Part shown: positions 8,385 through 16,224 of the stretch, one piece after another
How positions within the stretch are numbered: position 1 is the first letter of the stretch
How the letters are laid out: each line of letters starts with the position of its first letter
Made by a program: the position numbers and the translations under genes
Assembly: GCA_029858305.1 (NCBI GenBank)
Contig: JAOUFI010000041.1
Location: 1 to 18,654 of the forward strand
Origin: Candidatus Thorarchaeota archaeon
GTDB lineage: Archaea; Asgardarchaeota; Thorarchaeia; Thorarchaeales; Thorarchaeaceae
Direction: 5' to 3'
DNA length: 18,654 nt
The notes under the pieces: model-generated
Seen by the model: the letters and a program-made list of their open reading frames with translations, nothing else
The model's database searches: none
Told to the model about the DNA's origin: nothing

Positions 8385-10216
8385 TCCTCTATTAGTTCAA
8401 TCCACTCTGGTACCTCAACTGTTTGATCTGCCAAGTTGAGAATCCAAGTTATGACATTATCATCAGATGGTGTATGCATTACAAATCCGTGACGTTTGTA
8501 GAAGTCTGCGGCAGGTGGATTCTTGTTAGTCGGTATATATTCACCGAGTACACGTTGAGCCTTTGATTTTCTCGCATCAGCCACTATTTTGGCAAGCATC
8601 GCAGTTTCAGCCGACCGTCCAATCACTCTGCAACTCATCAGGAAGGAGTCAATCAACCAATCACTAGTTTGCTTCCGAACGATAGCCACTCCAACTATTC
8701 CTTCATCGCCAAATCTATCCTTGACAGCCATGCTATATACAGCAGCTTCTTTTGACTGTCTGAAATTGTTTACTTCAGCATCCGTATAACGTTTGGTGGT
8801 CAGATTGAATTGATTTGTTTTACCTATCAGCTGAACTACTCGGGGGGCGTCAAAATCATTCACTTCATTCGCTGTGACTTTCAATTCAAGTGTTCGCAAG
8901 AAATCTTCAATTGAGGTCGCACTCTTCTCTAATTCGGACCTTTTTCTCTTACCGGCATACATCTCTCCGCGAGTTAGATCCTCTTTTGTGAGGGACAATA
9001 CATCGAACACCTTAAGGTTCTCAAGCATATCGCGATACAATCGCGGATTCTTTGGCATGTCGACAACTAGAACCTCGGGATGCACCTGTGATACCTGTGC
9101 TCTCTCAACAGGATTGTCATCTAAGAAGACCATACTGTCTAAGCCAATGTTGATTTCAGCGGCAAGTTCCTCAAGATTTACTACTTTGTTTTGCCAATTG
9201 ATTCTCAAAGCAGCAAAGTGCTCTTCCTTAAGAATTTGAAAGGGATGCTCACGAAATACTTTGACTACATCATCGTAATTGTTCTTACTACAAATTGCTA
9301 GAATGATACCTCGATTATATAGACTGAGCAGGGTCTTTTGAAACTCTACGTATTCGATTCCTGGAGCGGTATTTCCGAGCTTGATTCCCTCGAGACCATC
9401 CTCACCAATGATACCACCCCAGAGCGTGTTGTCTAGATCAAGCACAATGCACTTCTTTGTCTTGCCTCGCAAAGCCAAGATGTAACGAAGATATTCATCA
9501 ACTAGGATGGGAGTGAATTGCTCACTAAAGGGAACTGATCCACGATACCAAGTATTCCAATTAATTACTCGTGATTTGCCAAAATCACTTGCGATAGAAT
9601 CAAGATCTACAACAAAAGAACGGGATTTTTCTTGGAATCGTTGGGCAAGGGATGAATTCAATTCACCAAAGAATTGCAGGAAACCAAGTTTCTGTTTGTT
9701 ATCAACGATGCCAAAAGGAGTGAATGAGGGAATAATGAAATTATTCACCAGAATAAGAGCAGAAGTACTAGACTCAAGGGTGTCTACAAGTGAACAAATT
9801 CCCGCAATGACCTCTTTCTGGATATTCTTTCTTTCCTTTTCATTCATCCGAATGAATGAAGCAATAAACAGCTTATCAAGGATTGACCATGCATCAATTG
9901 AAAGGACTATCACATCAGGTGATAACTTGTAGAGGTTGGAATTCTTGTCCAATATTTCTTGACGATAAGTATTGAACCCTCCAACAAATGTTTTCACATT
10001 AAAACCAACAATTCTTGTTTTAATGTCAAGACATGCTGCAAGTGGTTCAAGTGTTGCGGAACCTATTACTGCAATACGAACTGCATTAGTATCATTCTTT
10101 GATACTTTAATACCGAGTGCCTCAATTTTCTTGTATGCACTCCAAAGATTCAGGTATGATGGATTTTCCCGTGCAGGTGCAAGAATATTGGAAATTCTCT
10201 CATCATCGCGGCTCAT
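8381..10216 (-). CDS. fkbH: FkbH-like HAD-IIIC glyceryl-transferase/phosphatase (N-terminal SGNH-like, HAD and GNAT-like domains)
   Basis: KCIVLDLDNTLWGG, CSKN, VFLDDNPVER, KTNQFNLTT, DRFGDEGIVG and FLMSCRV (the acyl-carrying Cys). Confidence 0.93.
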   Translation of the reverse strand: MSRDDERISNILAPARENPSYLNLWSAYKKIEALGIKVSKNDTNAVRIAVIGSATLEPLAACLDIKTRIVGFNVKTFVGGFNTYRQEILDKNSNLYKLSPDVIVLSIDAWSILDKLFIASFIRMNEKERKNIQKEVIAGICSLVDTLESSTSALILVNNFIIPSFTPFGIVDNKQKLGFLQFFGELNSSLAQRFQEKSRSFVVDLDSIASDFGKSRVINWNTWYRGSVPFSEQFTPILVDEYLRYILALRGKTKKCIVLDLDNTLWGGIIGEDGLEGIKLGNTAPGIEYVEFQKTLLSLYNRGIILAICSKNNYDDVVKVFREHPFQILKEEHFAALRINWQNKVVNLEELAAEINIGLDSMVFLDDNPVERAQVSQVHPEVLVVDMPKNPRLYRDMLENLKVFDVLSLTKEDLTRGEMYAGKRKRSELEKSATSIEDFLRTLELKVTANEVNDFDAPRVVQLIGKTNQFNLTTKRYTDAEVNNFRQSKEAAVYSMAVKDRFGDEGIVGVAIVRKQTSDWLIDSFLMSCRVIGRSAETAMLAKIVADARKSKAQRVLGEYIPTNKNPPAADFYKRHGFVMHTPSDDNVITWILNLADQTVEVPEWIELIEE

Positions 10217-10222
10217 GTTCAA

Positions 10223-10672
10223 TCACGTTCCTGGTAAAAGTTCTGAAACTTTCTCGTTTAGCAATTTCTGAAATACTATTGTATTAGCAGATTGGATTGA
10301 TGGAATTACACATGCGATTGCAACAGCATATTGCGAACTATGTGCGAGACTCAGAATTATTTCAATATCAGGCAAGTTGCTAATCGAAACATAGGGAGAA
10401 TCATTTTCATCGTGAAAAACATCAATGGATTTCATCGATAGCGATAGTCTTCTCGTCATCGCCTTGATTGTTGCTTCCTTTGCAGCAAATATTACTGCGA
10501 GATGCGGAAACGGATCTGAATATCTCGAGCAATAGTCCATCTCTTGTTCTGTAAAGATGCGATTGAAAAAGTTGGACTCAAGATCCAACTCTCTGAATCG
10601 TTTTATTTCGATAATGTCCACTCCAATACCGAATTTATCATCTTGTAGAAAATCTGCGTCCGCATTCAACAT
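10223..10672 (-). CDS. acpS: Holo-ACP synthase (AcpS-type 4'-phosphopantetheinyl transferase)
   Basis: GIGVDIIEIKRF, IFTEQE..YC, FAAKEATIKA and SLAHSSQYAVA. Confidence 0.9.
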   Translation of the reverse strand: MLNADADFLQDDKFGIGVDIIEIKRFRELDLESNFFNRIFTEQEMDYCSRYSDPFPHLAVIFAAKEATIKAMTRRLSLSMKSIDVFHDENDSPYVSISNLPDIEIILSLAHSSQYAVAIACVIPSIQSANTIVFQKLLNEKVSELLPGT

Positions 10673-10699
10673 GGTTCAATCTCTGCGAGGCTATGGGAC

Positions 10700-10710
10700 T
10701 CTTATAACGA
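10700..10710 (-). promoter_or_regulatory. Putative TATA box for acpS-fkbH-ACP
   Basis: TTATAA at 10702-10707, about 30 nt upstream of the acpS ATG. Confidence 0.4.
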
Positions 10711-10721
10711 TAATGGCAGGT

Positions 10722-12158
10722 CTATGCAAGTTCCTTTGCAGACGTTTCCAGAATTGCAGTAGACCATGGGTATCTTTGAAGGATGTTATTCATTAGCCTA
10801 CGAACCTTCAGTTCCTCAGAGGTGCCTGAATAGACTAAGAGCATCACAAGACCTCCTCGTGTTCGTTTGAATTTCTGATACATCGTCTTAGTAGTGTTAA
10901 TTGTGTCACACACAATCATGACTTCAGCATGAGGAATGTCTAAGTCACGTTCACCAACAGGAGACATAACAAGTACCTGTGCATTATCATCTTCTCGAAA
11001 AGCTCTTAGAACATCGGCTTTATCATGTGACTGGCCAGTTATCGTAAGAACAGCGAAACCAGATTTCTCGAGAACTTCTTTGATTTGCGAGACCATTTCG
11101 AGATAGGATGTAAGAACGAGTGTCTTGTTGTGTTCAGAAGCTATCTTCAATATTCTAGTCACTTTGGCAGAGATCGTTGGTAGTATTCGCCTGAGTTCAC
11201 TGATATTGAAATAGTTCTTTATGTAGTCGCCATAAAACATTCGCAAGAACTGCTTCGGGGGCATAGCGTAGACATATTTCCTGAGCATCAGAAGAGCCGT
11301 ATAACGTCCCTTCAGTTCTTCAGAGATTGGTAATCGCTCAAGAAGAAGATGCACTCTTCTAGAATCTCCATCAACAATGTCAAGATTGCCATCCTCTTCG
11401 AGCTCACTCATAATCTCAGCTCGGGTAGTGCGAATGAGTTCATCAAGGACTTTTGATATTGACCGTATTTTTGTGTCACTTACTGCGCTCACGGAAAGAA
11501 ATGTTGGTTCAAGAAAATCTTCGACATCAGTGCCATACAGATCTTCCATGGTTATGAGCTCGGCACCTTGTATGTACTCTCGAAGAGTTGCTAGTTCATC
11601 ACGAATCTCAATCTGCTCTTTAGTAAAAACAGCATGATCATCTCTCAAAGTTCCACTCATACCGATGACCCATTTTCCCTTTAGGAATGTAAGAAGAGCA
11701 GGCCATGGGTAAACAAGAGCTGTCCTCCCACCAGACCGTCGAACAAGTGTATCCACCTCATTGATGAGCACGATCTTGAACCGGTCGAACAGCGATGCAT
11801 CTTTTTGAAACGTGCTTGTTAGAACCTGTGGCGTTGCCACTATCACACGTTTCTCACGAAGATTATAGATTCGGTTTCCAGATTGGATACGAGAAGAGAG
11901 CTCCCCAAGATCTTCCTCAAGACCACCATACTCGCCTCTGAGGTAATCCACTGTTTCAACGAGTGAAGAAGATGAGTGAACTATAATCAGAATCCCAGCT
12001 TCGGGGAATTTTTCCGCTACAATCTGATGTGTAATGAATCGTTTTCCTAGACCGCAGTCTAACTCCAAAAGAAGAGGAGTGTCCTTCAGCTCACTGACCC
12101 TATCTAGAATATAGGATTGATAACCTCGTGGAGTATACTTGGGTTTTGGCTTTGACAT
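10722..12158 (-). CDS. SF2 (Hef/ERCC4-like) helicase-fold protein with degenerate motifs and no nuclease domain
   Basis: PRGYQ (Q motif), DCGLGKR (I), VATPQ (Ib), INEVD (II), MSGT (III), VGERDLDIP (V), QKFKRTRG (VI). Confidence 0.8.
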   Translation of the reverse strand: MSKPKPKYTPRGYQSYILDRVSELKDTPLLLELDCGLGKRFITHQIVAEKFPEAGILIIVHSSSSLVETVDYLRGEYGGLEEDLGELSSRIQSGNRIYNLREKRVIVATPQVLTSTFQKDASLFDRFKIVLINEVDTLVRRSGGRTALVYPWPALLTFLKGKWVIGMSGTLRDDHAVFTKEQIEIRDELATLREYIQGAELITMEDLYGTDVEDFLEPTFLSVSAVSDTKIRSISKVLDELIRTTRAEIMSELEEDGNLDIVDGDSRRVHLLLERLPISEELKGRYTALLMLRKYVYAMPPKQFLRMFYGDYIKNYFNISELRRILPTISAKVTRILKIASEHNKTLVLTSYLEMVSQIKEVLEKSGFAVLTITGQSHDKADVLRAFREDDNAQVLVMSPVGERDLDIPHAEVMIVCDTINTTKTMYQKFKRTRGGLVMLLVYSGTSEELKVRRLMNNILQRYPWSTAILETSAKELA

Positions 12159-12215
12159 TACTCAATCATCTGTCTAGTGTGTTATGAACCCATCTGAAAG
12201 CCCTTAAGAATTGAC

Positions 12216-12605
12216 CTAAAATTGTTTGAAGACTTTTGCAAGTGAAGGTCCCTTCACATGCATGTCAAATTCAAAGAAATGACCAAAGGGAACCATATGG
12301 ATCTCAAAACCTTGCTGCTGGAGTTTGTCTGCGACCTCATTAATCAGAGCAGCTGCAAAATCAGATTCTGCCTTGCTCTCATCAAGATGGGCAAACGAAT
12401 GGAGTATGATTCTATTACATGAAACCTTCTGAGAAAGCCATCTAATGTTCTTGACCATCTTACGCAACACGCTCGTATGGTTTGATAAATCAGCAACCTC
12501 TGAATGTATCCAGACAAGTACAGATTCCCCTAGTTGGGTCCTCGCATCTTCAGATTCATTTCGACGAAACCAAAAGCTCTCAAGGTGAAACATGAGTAGC
12601 CTCAA
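12216..12605 (-). CDS. Free-standing threonyl-tRNA synthetase editing domain (archaeal Thr-ED / DTD-like fold)
   Basis: MRLLMFH start (TTG at 12605, with GGGGTGA 7 nt upstream); VWIHSE..D, IILHSFAHL and PFGHFFEF..HVKG.SLA. Confidence 0.85.
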   Translation of the reverse strand: MRLLMFHLESFWFRRNESEDARTQLGESVLVWIHSEVADLSNHTSVLRKMVKNIRWLSQKVSCNRIILHSFAHLDESKAESDFAAALINEVADKLQQQGFEIHMVPFGHFFEFDMHVKGPSLAKVFKQF

Positions 12606-12658
12606 GGACAAATCACCCCTTGTATCAATCAACCAATGAATATGGATTCATCGTTTTT

Positions 12659-13525
12659 CTACAGACGCTCGCCATTTCCAGGCATGTCCGCTTCATCCTC
12701 TGCATCGAACTGTGTCGGTCCGCCAATAGGCTGATGTTCGATTTCAGCTTCGCCTCTGGGCTTTCGCGGGATTGCTTTCCCATGCACCCAAATTGTATTT
12801 GGAGGAATCGTTGTGTCCTTAGGAACCACAGTATTGGCACCCACAATCACATTATCGCCGATATCAGCTCCAGGTAGAATTACAGCGTTTGCTCCCACAG
12901 TGACATTGTTGCCCAACCGCACTGTCTTGAGGTAAAGGCGTCTGCCTTCATATACATGACCGCTCAGAATTGCATCATAACCAAAGAAGCAATTGTCTCC
13001 AATAATTGTGCGTTCCGGATTGAATAAGCGTCCATTGCCGACTACAGTGTTTTTACCTATCTTTGTGCCAAAAGCTTGATGCCGGGGTTTTGTGTCAAGG
13101 AATACAGAGAAGAATCCGGCAAAATAGGGAAAGAGGATGTAATAGACCTCATAGTATTCGTAAAGCAACCAAGCTTCTGATTCAGCCTCATAATAACCAT
13201 CCTCAAGAAATGGTATTCCTCTCCGTGAGAGCTTAAGCATAGCAAGTAAGAATCCTAGAAACACTGCATAGCATGTTAAGCCAACAGGAACAAAGAGAAC
13301 AAAGACCCAGAAGTATTGGATTACAAGGGGATCAAAGGTTCCAGTGAGGAGTGGCAATGCCGCCTCATAGAGTGTAGCAAACGGAAAGCCAAGGCTGTTC
13401 AAGAAGTTTGTAAAATGCAGCAGAAAGAATCCGAAAAATAATATTGCAGGGATTGCTGCTATGGTCAGACTCACCATTATAGAGAGGACCATGTACATTG
13501 TATATCCAAGAGACCTTGCTTTCAT
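12659..13525 (-). CDS. Membrane-anchored hexapeptide-repeat (LbH) acyltransferase-like protein
   Basis: N-terminal hydrophobic helices, then IGKNTVVG / IGDNCFFG..SGH / LGNNVTVGANAVILPGADIGDNVIVGAN; acidic tail. Confidence 0.8.
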   Translation of the reverse strand: MKARSLGYTMYMVLSIMVSLTIAAIPAILFFGFFLLHFTNFLNSLGFPFATLYEAALPLLTGTFDPLVIQYFWVFVLFVPVGLTCYAVFLGFLLAMLKLSRRGIPFLEDGYYEAESEAWLLYEYYEVYYILFPYFAGFFSVFLDTKPRHQAFGTKIGKNTVVGNGRLFNPERTIIGDNCFFGYDAILSGHVYEGRRLYLKTVRLGNNVTVGANAVILPGADIGDNVIVGANTVVPKDTTIPPNTIWVHGKAIPRKPRGEAEIEHQPIGGPTQFDAEDEADMPGNGERL

Positions 13526-13673
13526 AATTTACACTCCGGGTAATTCTCTTTTATTTGGTTTAGTATTATAGTTTGTTAAATGTCAACGGAATGAAGCAAG
13601 AAAACAGACCTCTTAGAAAGAGATATAGAGAGTACTTTGAAAGCGAGCGGCAATCTGAACAGGTGAATTTGCA

Positions 13674-14903
13674 ATGGATTATGACATGATTGTGGCAGGC
13701 ACAGGTCCAGCAGGGCTCATGACAGCCGAGCGTGCTTCTATGTACGGACTGAAGACATTGGTATTGGAGAAGCGCGCGGCTGTGACAGACTCTCTGATGG
13801 GCGAGCTTGTTACAGACAAGGCTCTGAAATTACTGAGAGTGAAATCAGACTCGGAGTATATAGGAAACAAGTTCACTTCTATTGTGGGAGAGAGCCTTGA
13901 TACAGGTTCTAACATTGTTGTTGATAGGACCCTTCTAGGTAACTCGTATTTGTTCGATGAAGATAAGTGCCAAGAGCTGATGCGCGATAGAGCTCTCGCT
14001 GATGGTGCAGAGTTTAGGTATAAGGCGAGGGTCAAATCTGTTATTAAAGAGAGCAGTGCAGTGGTTGGTGTAAAATATGGCAGTGACCAAGAAGTCAAAG
14101 CAAACCTTACTGTTGGAGCAGATGGATCTTTCAGTAGGGTATCTGAAACTGCAGGTTTTACACATCCGAAATGGCTTCTTAGCTATGGCTATCGATTCAA
14201 GCTCACAAACTGCAAGAATGTCGATCCGAACGTCGCTTATTTCTTCGTTGGAAAAGATATAGGTCTTGGTTATCTTTGGCTCTATCCTAGATCAGAGACT
14301 GAGGTCAATCTTGGCATAGGACGAGTGCCTTCTTCAAAGGAAAAATGGAGTAAGTTACCTCCGATGCAGGATGTGCTCCGCAAATATATGAAGACACATT
14401 CTGAAACAGAGAGCGCAAAGATTGCTTCCGTTAATGGCGGCGTTGTTCCCTGCGCGGGTATTATTCCAAGGTTCACCGATGCGGGCGTTGCACTCTGCGG
14501 AAACTCAGCAGGTCAGGTCTCCTCCATTGTCGGAGGCGGCGTGACCACATGTTTTCATGCGGGTCAGGTGCTTGCAAAGCACGCAAAACGAATGGTTGAT
14601 TCTGATGATTTCTCGAGAAGGAGTGTCTTTCTATATGAGAAAGAGTATAGAAAGTCCAAACTAGCATCAAATATCACAAATACCGGAAAAGGAATGTGGG
14701 CAGTATCTAAGTATGCCATGCTCAACGACCCGATTGCGGCAGCAGAAATTGTGCTCGGCCAATTAGATGCAAAGACACTCAATGAATTGATTCAAGGTCA
14801 TGCAAGTGTTGCGACCTACATGACCCTCATGACAGATTTCCTACCAATGGTTGCTAAAATCGGAGTGGGATACCTGAAGGCAATCGCTATGACAGGTCTG
14901 TAA
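13674..14903 (+). CDS. Geranylgeranyl reductase family FAD-dependent oxidoreductase
   Basis: VAGTGPAG, LVLEK, VGADG, GYLWLYP and CGNSAGQV..IVGGGV; AGGTGA ribosome-binding site. Confidence 0.85.
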   Translation: MDYDMIVAGTGPAGLMTAERASMYGLKTLVLEKRAAVTDSLMGELVTDKALKLLRVKSDSEYIGNKFTSIVGESLDTGSNIVVDRTLLGNSYLFDEDKCQELMRDRALADGAEFRYKARVKSVIKESSAVVGVKYGSDQEVKANLTVGADGSFSRVSETAGFTHPKWLLSYGYRFKLTNCKNVDPNVAYFFVGKDIGLGYLWLYPRSETEVNLGIGRVPSSKEKWSKLPPMQDVLRKYMKTHSETESAKIASVNGGVVPCAGIIPRFTDAGVALCGNSAGQVSSIVGGGVTTCFHAGQVLAKHAKRMVDSDDFSRRSVFLYEKEYRKSKLASNITNTGKGMWAVSKYAMLNDPIAAAEIVLGQLDAKTLNELIQGHASVATYMTLMTDFLPMVAKIGVGYLKAIAMTGL

Positions 14904-14904
14904 G

Positions 14905-15050
14905 CTTAAAGAAGTGTGAAGCAGGGGACACCCCCCCGCGCCCACCTGCTTCGTATACCGGTTTTTTGACCGGTCGCCCTGTATCATGCCCGTTGTGGAT
15001 TACCGTAAAGCTATCCACCACCGGAGTACTGCAGCAATCAGCTGCAAGAA
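14905..15050 (-). ncRNA. Candidate structured small RNA (four consecutive hairpins), family unknown
   Basis: GC-rich island in AT-rich surroundings, with stems at 14918-14952, 14957-14974, 14995-15018 and 15030-15046. The first stem pairs fully only on the minus strand (G-U pairs). TATA-like tract upstream and CTTCTTT downstream. Confidence 0.45.
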
Positions 15051-15069
15051 TTAGCAAAGCAAACGATAC

Positions 15070-15086
15070 TTAAATATATATTAATT
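15070..15086. promoter_or_regulatory. AT-only tract TTAAATATATATTAATT, putative (bidirectional) TATA region
   Basis: Lies about 50-65 nt upstream of ATG 15137 and about 25 nt upstream of the minus-strand hairpin array. Confidence 0.55.
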
Positions 15087-15095
15087 GTATACAGA

Positions 15096-15116
15096 CATCA
15101 AGTTAGTAACTTGATG
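15096..15116. promoter_or_regulatory. Perfect inverted repeat CATCAAGTTA-G-TAACTTGATG, putative operator
   Basis: 10-bp arms with a 1-nt spacer, between the TATA tract and the first TrmB-like gene. Confidence 0.65.
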
Positions 15117-15136
15117 AATCTACATACTACTCAATA

Positions 15137-16201
15137 ATGAGTGTGAATGAGTCTATGCTTAACAACAAGGAATTTACAGATGCTCTCAATCTGTTTGGAT
15201 TTATTTCAGGAGAGCAACGAGAACCACGGCTCCTAACCATCCTCAGTGTGATACTGAAACTGCAAACGAATCCACCTATGCCTCTTACTTTCTCTCAAAT
15301 CTACGAAGAAATTGAGAGGGAAGATTCAAGCGCTAGACTGACAAAGGCATGGATTCACAAAGTGTTGAAGGCACTTATTGAAGTGCAACTGATTCGGGTA
15401 GATAGTCAAACAGCTCACCGCAAGAGGTACATTGCTGATGTGAATACTGTGATGGCAGGTCTTGAACAGATAAAGAGTCAAAGAGTCAAACAACTTGAGG
15501 CTCAGATACAAGAATCGAAAGATGTCCTTAAAGAAGTGAGCGCCCTCGACTGCGGCAAGCTGGCTCAGGAATTTGTAAAAGACATTACAGGGCAGCAGCA
15601 AGAGATTAGCTCTCGGGTCGTTAGAGGAGTTGACGCGCTGCATAGAGTTCTGAGGTATAATATGCTCGACTTGGCAAAAAAGGGAGATATCATACGGGCG
15701 ACTTTACTATGGGCTGGACCTTGGATTGATTCAACTGCAGGAGAACGAATATTGAGATTCTTTGAAGCAGCCGAGAGAGGTGTAGACATTCGCTATCTTA
15801 TCTCTACAGATATATTCAAACTAGAAAACGAACAAGAAAAAAGAACAAACCTGCAGGCGATGGTGGGCTTGTTTCAAAAATTAATCGAAATGAGGGCACG
15901 AGGCAAGAAGTTCGACGCCCGTTTCTATCTCGGACCAAAGACATACAATCAGATTTCGCTAAATAGAGATAATATGGCTTTGATCATTACAGAAAATCCT
16001 GTTACTGCCACATGGATTACTAGGCGATTCAATCCAGATCTTATTGACAACGCCGTGAGATCGTTTGATAGAGACTGGAAGCGGTCCAAATCAATCTTCG
16101 ATCTCACACCGCAGGAGATGGCTGCTATGGGAGGAGTCCCCGGGGGAGTAATGAGTCAATTAGTAAATTCTAAAAGAAAGGAAGAAATAATTCATGAATG
16201 A
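15137..16201 (+). CDS. TrmB-like regulator paralogue 1 (wHTH, coiled coil, PLD-like effector domain)
   Basis: PLTFSQIYEEI...LTKAWIHKVLKALIEVQLIRVD..RKRY wHTH; AAERGVDIRYLI; NPDLIDNAVRSFDRDW. Confidence 0.75.
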   Translation: MSVNESMLNNKEFTDALNLFGFISGEQREPRLLTILSVILKLQTNPPMPLTFSQIYEEIEREDSSARLTKAWIHKVLKALIEVQLIRVDSQTAHRKRYIADVNTVMAGLEQIKSQRVKQLEAQIQESKDVLKEVSALDCGKLAQEFVKDITGQQQEISSRVVRGVDALHRVLRYNMLDLAKKGDIIRATLLWAGPWIDSTAGERILRFFEAAERGVDIRYLISTDIFKLENEQEKRTNLQAMVGLFQKLIEMRARGKKFDARFYLGPKTYNQISLNRDNMALIITENPVTATWITRRFNPDLIDNAVRSFDRDWKRSKSIFDLTPQEMAAMGGVPGGVMSQLVNSKRKEEIIHE

Positions 16202-16224
16202 AGGGAGAATAGAGGGCAGCACTG

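Noticed and set aside
8589-11637. Numerous plus-strand ORFs antisense to fkbH, acpS and the helicase (and similar ones elsewhere in the track)
   Set aside because: Ser/Ile-rich antisense shadows of well-supported genes, with no motifs.
14918-14952. Hairpin interpreted as a SECIS element or as a plain terminator for the GGR gene
   Set aside because: There is no in-frame TGA in the neighbouring genes, and the inner stem pairs only on the opposite strand.
14887-15018. Short minus-strand ORFs across the hairpin array (e.g. GTG-started MDSFTVIHNGHDTGRPVKKPVYEAGG..., about 43 aa)
   Set aside because: They overlap the 3' end of the GGR gene, lack recognisable motifs, and the sequence is better explained by RNA pairing. 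Not fully excluded.
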